The notes under the pieces were generated by a model that was not told the DNA's origin, did no database searches, and worked only from the letters and a program-made list of their open reading frames with translations. This document shows positions 1 to 9,134 of a stretch of 64,000 nucleotides of DNA, piece after piece. Source of the stretch: Andalucia godoyi And28 (taxonomy: Eukaryota > Protista > Jakobida); assembly GCA_009859145.1 (NCBI GenBank), contig VRVR01000020.1, positions 1 through 64,000 of the forward strand, in the 5' to 3' direction. The first letter of the stretch is position 1. Every line of letters starts with the position of its first letter. The translations under genes and the position numbers were made by a program.

Positions 1-822
1 TGTCGTAAGCACAGTACCTCTGATGATGGATCGGCAATGCTCAGCGTGCTGCATTCATAAAAAACAGCTCACCCTAAGAAAGCATTCTTCGCGCAAAATA
101 AACGACTGTAGTCGGGAATTAGGTAATTAATATTTTACGTATAACTCCTGAACGGCGTCGTCCCCAGGCGATATTCGTGTGCCAGATTGCTCGCCGTCCC
201 CGACTCTACCAGTCCCCAGCATTATCTCAGAAAAAGTGCTGTGGACCATTTTCCATATTTGTGATTTCATGCTAAGCCAGCAGACGTGGAAGAAGACAAG
301 CGCATGACGCGGGTTTTCATGGTCGTTGGGAGAGAGTGAGATGCGAGAGGAGAAGGAGGGCCAGAAAAATGAATGCACCGACCGGCACCCTGGACCATGG
401 CAGTCTGCCAAGCAGTCGGTCGATTTCTGCGTGCCGATCGGCACGGAGTCGGTGTGTCTGCGTCGGGTGTCCACTACAGTGGTTGGATGGGCTGCAGTAC
501 GTGAATGAATCAATTCAGCATGAATGAACGTGTGTGTTTTTTGTTTACTTATGCAGTGGGATGGAAAGACGCTGCACGCCATGCAACTGCAATGCATCTA
601 GTGTTGACGGAGTGAAAAGAGTGTGGTGGAGTATAATAACTGATGGACAAAATGTTTTATGTCAATGCACCGTAGTCTGGCGACCTAGCGATCGACGATC
701 GACACTGGTACTATCACTGTAACTAGATCTCTAACCTCTTTCTTATTTTATTTTTTAAAATTTAATTAAATGTACAAGTATGGCGTCAGTTATTTAATAG
801 TGACAGACCAGAACGGAAACAA

Positions 823-3800
823 TTATTCGATTTCCAACATATCGGCGTCGCTGTCATCGCCATTTAGCGGATTTCGGAACGACGAAGTAGTGTTGACGGG
901 ACGCTGCGGAGCAATGACCTTGTCAAACACGATAGCTGTCTCCGGAAGCAAGGGCTTGGTGCCATGCGCAAATCCACCATACTTTGCGGTCTCCACGTCA
1001 ACTGGCACTCGTGGTACAACATCGCGGGGGCGCTCTCTGGAAACCAGCTCAGTCAGGATCCGGCGAAGCACAATGTACTCGATCATGGCAAAGGAGGCGT
1101 TCGACAGATTCGACCTTGGCAAGAGGGGAACAACAGACGATGACGCCCAAAGATCCTTCAGTAATGAAGCATCGGGCATTCCTAAGGTCTCCATTCGCTG
1201 GAGGGACGCCAGCAAAGTGCTGGCAGCTTTCAGCAAACTCAGATGATCCACCACGGAAAGGAACTTGGAATTTGCCAGTGTTGCAATCATCACGTCGTGA
1301 GAATGCATCGTGGGCACTGCATGTGCGACCTTCGAGATTTCTTGCTCCGATTGCTTGAGACCGAATCGCTTGATAAGTTCTTCTGCTTCCGCGTACTTGT
1401 CCACACGTGAATTGATTCGGGAAATCCGTAGCTCAGGTGGCGGAAGCGCATCCTCGGTTCTAGGAGCGCCAACTCCTGAGTCGTAAATCGATGTGACGGC
1501 ACCGGCTATTGGATTCATAAATGCCCATTGTCGATTCTTTTCTCCAATTGGCCGTGCTGGAGGCAGAATACGAACAAGTCGCTGTCGGATCGCATCAAAA
1601 AGCGGGCGAGAACTCTCCAACAGACGTCGTGCTTCCCCATGAAAAAGAGTCCCTTCCTTGTTGTATGCCATCGCATTCTTGCACATGTCTCCAAAGTCGA
1701 CAACGAACGCCTCAAAATCCCGATCATACTTTCCATTGCTCAGCCATTCTTGCATTTCAAGAAGACAAACTTCGCGTTCCACTACGTGGAAATAGTCGGG
1801 ACAAGTTTCCTCGTCAATAGGATCTTTGAAGAGATTGTGTACATCCTCTGCCATCCACTTATCCATGACAGCCTGCAGAACATCGACAAGCCGCATCGGT
1901 CGTTTGTACAGTCTCTCTTTTCTCTTTTGGAACAGCTGAAATTTCGCTAGTGGAATGAAAAACGCATTTTCAGGAGCCCCTTCTTCAATTGCTTTCTCCT
2001 CTTTCGTTTTTCTTCCACGCTTTCTGTAGATCTTCGGATGCAATGGCGGTTCATCCGAGACATCGGCAGTCAGCATATGCATCAGAGGAGGCTTGTTGAT
2101 GGGAAGCATGCCAAACTCTTCTAAACTAGCGTCTCGAGAGGTTTCTTCATCGTCCACATCCACAAACGACGAGTCGCCTTCGGTTTCACCGTCTTCTTTG
2201 TCATGTCTGGCCGCCTCCAATCTTTCTTGTTTTTCACGCTCGCGTTTCTCCTTCTTCTCACGATCTTTCTGTTTCTCACGTTCACGATCTCTTTCTTTTG
2301 AAGCAATCGACGCTGTCTTGTCTTCTTTCCGTAAACTGTCGTCCGCCACGCCGTCTTCAAGCTCCTTCTTGTCCTCCTTGAATTTCTTTCGGTCTGCCTT
2401 ATCTTTCAGGGTCTGTGCAAGGTCCGCCTCCAGCTTTGGTTTCAATTGATACAACCACATGTCCAAGCCCTCTTTTGCTTTGCGACAGTACAGCGTTCTT
2501 GGATCATTATACTGGATGCAATTCGTGAAAATCAACTCCACGTCCCTCAAGAATCCACTTGGCTGATTGGTGTACGTACCACGCGTAATGAGGCTTCTGA
2601 GAGTGGCGAGATCCATGGGGTGCTTGATTACGCTGTAGTAATCGGGGGCCATGTCGGTGGAAACAGGTGCAGCGAAGATGCGATCACGGTCATCCCAGTG
2701 CGACAAAAAATTCCAGGTGTCCATCAACAACGATCGCACTGTTGGGCCTCTTGGCTTCGGTTCATCTTTCACGACAGCCGCTATGTCCTTGCCACCAGGT
2801 GCGGGAGTCTTCACATCTGCTGCTGCTTGGCTGCCAACAGCGGTCCCGGAAATGGTGACGGAGGTTGCCAAGGGTTGTTGCGGAGGCACGTCCGCCGGCT
2901 TCGAGACATGCTTTTTCCATAGGGAACCGACGAAAGAATCCTTTTCGCCAAGGAATTTCAGAAGTTTCCTTTCCAGACCGCATGCGAGCTCAACGATCCA
3001 AGACTTTGGTTCATTGTACATCCTTGCATTTTGAAACATCAGGGCAATATCTTTCAGCAACCCATATTTTGCCGTTTCCAGCACGGTCAAATGTTCCATA
3101 GGTCCCTCAGCAGGGACATAGGAATCATTCAATACCTTCTTTTCCATGTCTTGAATGCAAATCGGCTGTTTCACGACAGAGAAATAGTTCGGTGCCACAT
3201 CCTCGGTAACCGGAGGATAAAACACTGCAGCATCGTCATCATTTCTGAGAAATTCCAGGATTCTTGAAAGCTCCGCGGCAATCTGAGGTCGATCATCTTT
3301 TTTGTCTTTGCCCTTGTCCTTCTTTCGAGCAGACGGGTCCTCGTCCTTCTCTTCTACCTTGATTTTCTTGAAGGAACCGGAAGTCGCCTCTGCGGTCTTG
3401 TCCTTCTTCGACGGTGCAGAACTGGGAGTAGAGATCGGAGAAACCGACTGCGCGACCACCTCCTTCTTCTTTTCCTTGCCAACCACGTTCGCTCCTGGAG
3501 TTTCACTGGAAGCTGGAACAGGAGGCTGCTGTTGTTCTTCGTCGTACAGTATCGATACATCTTCCGCTTGCTTGTTCAGCTGCATGTCCTTCAGTAGCGC
3601 ATGAAATACTTTCTGGATGCGCACTGCAGCGATGGCAATGTCTGAGGCCGGCTCATTGAATTCTCTAGCATTCGAAAACACGAGTTCCATATCACTCGAA
3701 AAGTCCAGAAGTGTTTTGTACGTTTTGCTTCCAATGTTCTTCTCAATAGTTGAAAAATCCATCGGCTTGTTGATGACCTTGTAATAATAGGGAACAAGTT

Positions 3801-3978
3801 TCTTGTTCACAGGAAGCCAAAAGTACCGCTGGTCATCCGCGAATCGGAGATGCTCAAGAAACTGCAGTAACTGCGCGTAAAACACAGTGCCTCCCGATGA
3901 CGCCGAGCCCTTCTGCCGCTTAACAGGGGGACTCGGCGTCCTGTCCGTACTCGGTTTACTGCGCTTCAACGACGACAT
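823..3978 (-). CDS. Protein with four bromodomains
   Basis: Four bromodomain-like blocks with PV/PI...P.Y...(I/V)..P ZA-loop and conserved Asn (AREFNEP, ARMYNEP, CIQYNDP, AMAYNKE). First ATG (MSSLKRSK) at 3978; the ORF-track extension to 4050 starts at a non-ATG codon. Confidence 0.9.
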   Translation of the reverse strand: MSSLKRSKPSTDRTPSPPVKRQKGSASSGGTVFYAQLLQFLEHLRFADDQRYFWLPVNKKLVPYYYKVINKPMDFSTIEKNIGSKTYKTLLDFSSDMELVFSNAREFNEPASDIAIAAVRIQKVFHALLKDMQLNKQAEDVSILYDEEQQQPPVPASSETPGANVVGKEKKKEVVAQSVSPISTPSSAPSKKDKTAEATSGSFKKIKVEEKDEDPSARKKDKGKDKKDDRPQIAAELSRILEFLRNDDDAAVFYPPVTEDVAPNYFSVVKQPICIQDMEKKVLNDSYVPAEGPMEHLTVLETAKYGLLKDIALMFQNARMYNEPKSWIVELACGLERKLLKFLGEKDSFVGSLWKKHVSKPADVPPQQPLATSVTISGTAVGSQAAADVKTPAPGGKDIAAVVKDEPKPRGPTVRSLLMDTWNFLSHWDDRDRIFAAPVSTDMAPDYYSVIKHPMDLATLRSLITRGTYTNQPSGFLRDVELIFTNCIQYNDPRTLYCRKAKEGLDMWLYQLKPKLEADLAQTLKDKADRKKFKEDKKELEDGVADDSLRKEDKTASIASKERDREREKQKDREKKEKREREKQERLEAARHDKEDGETEGDSSFVDVDDEETSRDASLEEFGMLPINKPPLMHMLTADVSDEPPLHPKIYRKRGRKTKEEKAIEEGAPENAFFIPLAKFQLFQKRKERLYKRPMRLVDVLQAVMDKWMAEDVHNLFKDPIDEETCPDYFHVVEREVCLLEMQEWLSNGKYDRDFEAFVVDFGDMCKNAMAYNKEGTLFHGEARRLLESSRPLFDAIRQRLVRILPPARPIGEKNRQWAFMNPIAGAVTSIYDSGVGAPRTEDALPPPELRISRINSRVDKYAEAEELIKRFGLKQSEQEISKVAHAVPTMHSHDVMIATLANSKFLSVVDHLSLLKAASTLLASLQRMETLGMPDASLLKDLWASSSVVPLLPRSNLSNASFAMIEYIVLRRILTELVSRERPRDVVPRVPVDVETAKYGGFAHGTKPLLPETAIVFDKVIAPQRPVNTTSSFRNPLNGDDSDADMLEIE

Positions 3979-4159
3979 TGCTGGGCAGAAAATAAAGTAT
4001 GAAAACAACGAGCAGCACACAGAAAACCACAGCAGCAACACCAACAACAACGGGAAAAAAAAAAAAAAGACGAAGATCTGGAAGAAGAAAAAAAAGTGCA
4101 GCGAGAAGAAGAAGAAGGTGCACAGGAGGGGGAGAGGGAAAGAAAGATGACATGGGAAG

Positions 4160-6942
4160 TAGTGATGGGGTAACGCTGAAATTGACCAGAGTTAGCGTTA
4201 CAGCAGGTGGTCCTCTCTCAACGTTAACGCTGTTTAACGCAATTTCCCTTCAAATTCTCCACAAATACTTTGTATTGTTCATGCGATGCTGCATTAAACT
4301 TTCAACTTTTACAAAGAGATGTTTGCAAAAACACCGCAAACTAGATAGCCCAGAAACTGGCGGAAATCAATCATCATCACTCGGGATGGGAGTAAGAGGA
4401 CGACAACTTTTAGCAGGTGGGGATAGCCGGGAAAGTTCAGCAGTTTCCAAGGGTCTTTTCCTGTTGGGCTGATCAAGAACCATTGCTTCATAGTTTGCGT
4501 GTATAAGCAGCAATCGATTAACTGTCTTTGGCAGCAAACGGCGACGTCTTTCCGAAAGTGTGTATCCAGAAATCGAAAAAACCCTCTCACTGTCCACACT
4601 CGTGGCCTGAATACCTCCATACTGCCGAGCGATGTCAGAAATAATGGAATGGTTTCTAGCAATAGAACTCCAGGCCTCCGTCCAGGAGGAGCCTTCGGTA
4701 GAGTCGACAGGGCACTGCAGATACAGCTTCACAAGATTCTCTGCCCGAGTGTCAAAATTTGTCGCATCTTCGTCATCGACAACACCATTACAAAAAACAT
4801 TGAATGCATTTGGTTGAGCTGAGGGAGCGCTCGCACTTGCACTTGCGCTGGACGTCGCATCGACGCCTCTCACAATCTGTTGTTGATTAATCAGTGCAAC
4901 CAACTGGGCAACCGCGCTTGTTTTTTCGTGATGCATGAGAAACCGATTCTTCACCCTGGGATCGAGCAGTGTACAGAGCCGCAACAAAGGAGATTCCAGA
5001 AAAACTTCCAGGCGAGCGCGCAAATGATTCCCCCACGACTTCTGGATCTTGTTCAACGCACCATTGCACAGTTCCATGCTTACTTCTGAGATTGTAGCCG
5101 TGGGTGCGACAGGAGTGGAACTCTTCGATTTGCGCTTGGAGGTCTTTCGAGATTCACAACCACCAAGCAACTTCTGGGTTTCGTCTACAAATACGAACTC
5201 TAGAGGGGAAGGTGTTTCCACGGGGATCATACCATTATGGTTTTCCAATGTTTTCATGGAAGATTGCAATACACGAATAGTCGCGTCATCATGATCTGGA
5301 AAGGCCTTGTACAATGCCCTAACAGTAGGGATGACCAAGCTTGCAATCGTTTCTTGTCTACCCGAGAAAAACCGCGTAGCTGCTTCGAAGGGCTTCAAAG
5401 ACGGTACGAGTTTTTCAATGAAGGTCCACTCCACAGGAGTTAATCTTAGGTCCTCTCGGTTATTTCGAAGCAGGGCCATTTCGACTGAAGACCGAATCAA
5501 CAACAAACGCTCCAAAGCATACATGAGTGAGTTCCATCTTGTCTTACATTCTGTTTTCAACGTCAAGGGGACTTGTACTCCAAAGCGAGATTGTTCTTCT
5601 TTCAAGTCTTTTGTCGCCTTGCTACTTCGGTGGAAAAATTCAATGACTTTTTTTGCCTTTTCTATGACAAAATCGAAAACCTCATCACACAATGCACCTT
5701 GGACTGCAAGTTGCAAGGTATGTATAAAACATCTCGAGTGAGGTAATTGTGCCTGAACAATGGCCTTAACTTGTGAATCTGCGTTGTCTGAGGTCACTGC
5801 CATGACGCGTTCCTTTGGGATCTCGAGCGCTGCAAGACAGTATTCAAGATCGCGCTTCAAGTCTTGGATCGTGCCGTTACATTCCATACATTTGAGAAGC
5901 AACCTACGCTGCCGAAACTTCTCATCCACATAATGGGCGGTCACTGCAACGAAATGATGTCCTGTTTTTGAAGTCCAACCATCTGTCGTCAGAGCAACAC
6001 CCGTGACGTCCTTGAGGTTTTCGACGATGTTGTCCGAAACATCCTTCGCCATCTCTGAGATAACTGTGTGCGTTAACGTTTTTCTGTCCGGGATATTGAA
6101 TTGCGGTTCTAAATCTGCGACAAATTTGCGAAATCCAATTTTTTCCACAATGGACAGTGGTTCGACGTCTCTACAAATCATGAACGCCAACGATCGACAC
6201 AGTTCCTTATGGCGGTGCGGCGGCATTGGCTTCACCAAAAATTTTCGGACGTCTGAGTCGCCAACCGCGGACACCTTCTGCCCTGTGGCTGCTAAATAAT
6301 CAAATTTGTGATGACCTCTCAAGTGCTTCACCAATTTGTCAGTACTCTCCACCAGGTAGGGGTAATCTTGAGGCTTTGCATTTCGATCACGGAAGACACA
6401 TAAAGCGCAGACAACACGTGGAATGTTACTCTCTGTGAACACCGTGTCTTCGTCGTTTTCCGGAGGAACGCCGAAAAATTTCCAAACAACCGAAGACCTC
6501 GCCTTTGAATCTACTGGTATCAGAGGGAACTTGGGATGCCAGCGAACCACCTCAAGATCCCAGGAAAACGGTTCATTTTCCACGGTTTCCCTAGTGTAGC
6601 GGTGAGCATGGGAAGTATTTGCATCAACAAGTTGTTTGGCAGCCGCTTTGCGTTCAGCTACAGACATGTTCCGAGTATTTTCCATCGTTCCGTAATCCGT
6701 TGAGTCTTTCATCGAAATAACAAGAACAGTGATGTAAGGGACTCAGGAGATGTTTGGCGGATGTGCATTGTGCAAGGTTGCAAGCCTGATTTGTCGTTCT
6801 GTTTTGGCGCGCATTTCGGCTAGCATCAAGGATCACTTGGACGAATTTGAGCGGCTAACGACGGTGGTACAAGCGTTAATTCGGGTTACAGTCAGCGTTA
6901 TCGCGCGCAAGGCTAACGTGCGTTGCGTTACGCCCATCACTA
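4160..6942 (-). mobile_element. Complete hAT-superfamily DNA transposon
   Basis: Left TIR TAGTGATGGGGTAACGC (4160-4176); right TIR GCGTTACGCCCATCACTA (6925-6942, one-base indel). Perfect 8-bp direct repeat ATGGGAAG at 4152-4159 and 6943-6950. Clustered subterminal TAACG/CGTTA motifs at both ends. Confidence 0.95.
4367..6712 (-). CDS. hAT transposase with BED zinc finger and C-terminal dimerisation domain
   Basis: BED finger (VWKFF...CALC...HLRGHH), catalytic motifs LTTDGWTS and VTSDNA, CxxH (CFIH), TRWNS and SVDSERVFS. Uninterrupted 781-aa ORF. Confidence 0.95.
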   Translation of the reverse strand: MKDSTDYGTMENTRNMSVAERKAAAKQLVDANTSHAHRYTRETVENEPFSWDLEVVRWHPKFPLIPVDSKARSSVVWKFFGVPPENDEDTVFTESNIPRVVCALCVFRDRNAKPQDYPYLVESTDKLVKHLRGHHKFDYLAATGQKVSAVGDSDVRKFLVKPMPPHRHKELCRSLAFMICRDVEPLSIVEKIGFRKFVADLEPQFNIPDRKTLTHTVISEMAKDVSDNIVENLKDVTGVALTTDGWTSKTGHHFVAVTAHYVDEKFRQRRLLLKCMECNGTIQDLKRDLEYCLAALEIPKERVMAVTSDNADSQVKAIVQAQLPHSRCFIHTLQLAVQGALCDEVFDFVIEKAKKVIEFFHRSSKATKDLKEEQSRFGVQVPLTLKTECKTRWNSLMYALERLLLIRSSVEMALLRNNREDLRLTPVEWTFIEKLVPSLKPFEAATRFFSGRQETIASLVIPTVRALYKAFPDHDDATIRVLQSSMKTLENHNGMIPVETPSPLEFVFVDETQKLLGGCESRKTSKRKSKSSTPVAPTATISEVSMELCNGALNKIQKSWGNHLRARLEVFLESPLLRLCTLLDPRVKNRFLMHHEKTSAVAQLVALINQQQIVRGVDATSSASASASAPSAQPNAFNVFCNGVVDDEDATNFDTRAENLVKLYLQCPVDSTEGSSWTEAWSSIARNHSIISDIARQYGGIQATSVDSERVFSISGYTLSERRRRLLPKTVNRLLLIHANYEAMVLDQPNRKRPLETAELSRLSPPAKSCRPLTPIPSDDD

Positions 6943-7186
6943 ATGGGAAGCCAGGGATTTGAGAAAAGCCTTTAAAAATTGGGAAGGGCGGGGGACGGTG
7001 TCCTCGTATAATTGATGCTTGATGCTGCAAAAAAAAAAAAAACCTCCTGTCCCCCCCACCTTCTTGATTATGGCTATGATTGTGCTTACTTTTTGCCAGA
7101 TCGACACTGATCAGAATATGCATTCGTCGAAGGTCTTTTGAGAGGGGGGCGTTGGTTGTCGATTGATTACGGATTCAGGAGAGGCA

Positions 7187-9055
7187 ATGAGTGGGACAGA
7201 TCAGGAGCTTTCTCTCGAGTCTTTCTATGTATATAACCCAAGCTTTGGCAACACAGAGGAGACGGAACATGAGAAGGTCCTCTTTTTCCATCCATCAACT
7301 GCGTCCTCGAACGACCAGCAGTCGGCGATTGGACTTTCGGAAGCGTTTGTGAATTTTTCCCGGACATTTTCTCCCAAAAGACCTTGTGAGATCGTGCACA
7401 CCGAAAAGCGGGTTATGGCGTTTGCAGAGCCCGAGCCTGATTTTTGGATGGTCATGTGTGTCCGGTATCCGCTGTATTGTTCTTCTTCCGAATCAGCCAT
7501 GGACTCCAGCTCGGAGAGCGGGGCAAATGCACCAAAGACATCGGTCGGCGCAGCAGCAAAGACAACTGTACGATCCGATACCACAGCAATCGATGATTCA
7601 TTGTTGAAATCGTTGCTGGAACAGTGGTACCGATACTTCCGTTTGTTCTGCGGGTCCATGAAGTCCATCCTACAAGCACACGGACGCGATGTTTTGAAGA
7701 AAAAGCTCGAATGGGCATTTTTGCACTTTCTCACTTCGCTGGATCTCAAGCGCTATTCGTTGTATGATGGCTTGGATGGGATTCACTACCTTCCGTTAGA
7801 TCGAACGCTCTTTGTCCGATGCCAGACGTCTATTTCTAGAATGCAACAGCAGTTTCCGAATATTGCGCATGTTATTATGCTGGCATTTGACCATGTTGTA
7901 TGGTCCTCTCTCAATCAGGAAAACACTCGAGCAATGTACCGACACTGGATCAGAGTGCTGCCGTCGCAACGAACGCAACATGAATCGTTGATGAGCGCTT
8001 CAGCATCTTCTCCAGCATTATCCAGTCTTTTTCAGTCGCCTGGATCGAATTCGTCATGCTTGAATGACACCTCGGCATCATCGGCATCAGCATCATCATT
8101 CCTTACCAGCCCGCAGTATTCACTCGCGATGGACTCGCAAGTTGGCTACATTGTTGGACCGAGACCATCTTTGGAGAAACTGCAGCGGATGTCGCTGGAT
8201 GATTCCGGAATATTGGAGGAGGCCGAGTTCTCGACAGACTGTGTTTATCCTTCTGGTACACTCGAGGAAGAGTATCGTCTTGTTATTTATCAACTGCATG
8301 GTCTAACTGTCATCTTGTTTGTCTCGAGCGGATATCCGCTGCGCATGCGGTTCTTCACTGCCTTGAAGAGTTACATGCATGATAACTTGGATGACCTTAG
8401 CCGGATGATCTCCATGTACTACACTCGATCCGCTCTTGTTTCTTCTGTTGGCGCTTCGAGCTCTGTTGCACCCGGCGTCTCCCAAGGCAGCGCTGACAAG
8501 AGTGCCATGTCCCCGATGCGATCCGGCCGAAGTGCGAGCGTGATGCAGCAGAGTCCCTCTTTATCGCAATCCCAGTCGCCTGCGGCGTCTTTCACCTCAG
8601 CATCAGCAGCTGCAGCTGCAGCTGGCTCTGGCCCGTCCTTGTCCTCCTCTGCGGCGGCGACTAGAGATATTGCTGTCGGAGGTATTGTCAGCGGTTCGTC
8701 GAATGACATTCTGAGCTCTCCCGGCTTGCCGTTGATGAACGAGGATGAATTCAAGTACATATACTTCAACCACATGAATCTCGCCATCAAGACGTCCGTC
8801 AAGAGAAGATCTGCGATACCAAGCGAAGTAATGCAGCGGATGGGTATCCTCCATGGGTATTTGGCGACTTCCGAGCAGCCGGCGGAGATTATTGACCATT
8901 CCAAGTCTGGATTCTGGATCCTGGCCAAAAAGGCGTCCGATCGCGAGATTGTCATTGTTGTAGAAAAGAGTTCCAACATTGGCGACATTTATGAAGAAAT
9001 GCGCAAGTTTGGTTCACGGTTATTTCAGCACGTGTTCATGCCATTCCCTGCGTAA
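7187..9055 (+). CDS. CCZ1: Vacuolar fusion protein CCZ1 (Mon1-Ccz1 Rab7 GEF subunit)
   Basis: N-terminal longin motif FYVYNPSFG..EETEHEKVLFFHP...IGLSEAFVNFSRTFS and C-terminal YIYFNHMNLA. ATG at 7187. Confidence 0.9.
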   Translation: MSGTDQELSLESFYVYNPSFGNTEETEHEKVLFFHPSTASSNDQQSAIGLSEAFVNFSRTFSPKRPCEIVHTEKRVMAFAEPEPDFWMVMCVRYPLYCSSSESAMDSSSESGANAPKTSVGAAAKTTVRSDTTAIDDSLLKSLLEQWYRYFRLFCGSMKSILQAHGRDVLKKKLEWAFLHFLTSLDLKRYSLYDGLDGIHYLPLDRTLFVRCQTSISRMQQQFPNIAHVIMLAFDHVVWSSLNQENTRAMYRHWIRVLPSQRTQHESLMSASASSPALSSLFQSPGSNSSCLNDTSASSASASSFLTSPQYSLAMDSQVGYIVGPRPSLEKLQRMSLDDSGILEEAEFSTDCVYPSGTLEEEYRLVIYQLHGLTVILFVSSGYPLRMRFFTALKSYMHDNLDDLSRMISMYYTRSALVSSVGASSSVAPGVSQGSADKSAMSPMRSGRSASVMQQSPSLSQSQSPAASFTSASAAAAAAGSGPSLSSSAAATRDIAVGGIVSGSSNDILSSPGLPLMNEDEFKYIYFNHMNLAIKTSVKRRSAIPSEVMQRMGILHGYLATSEQPAEIIDHSKSGFWILAKKASDREIVIVVEKSSNIGDIYEEMRKFGSRLFQHVFMPFPA

Positions 9056-9134
9056 GATTTCTATTTACTATTTTCGTTTTGAAAATTCTGTAATCTCTGG
9101 AAGGAAGCGGGAAGAAAAGAAGAAAAAAATACAA

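Noticed and set aside
127-722. ORFs at the window start (127-597 minus and short plus-strand ORFs)
   Set aside because: No recognisable domain, no ATG-supported model, and stops in the alternative frames; left uncalled.
4367-6712. hAT transposase as the mobiliser of the Fanzor-derived copies
   Set aside because: The Fanzor-family copies show no TAGTGATGGG TIRs and no 8-bp TSDs.
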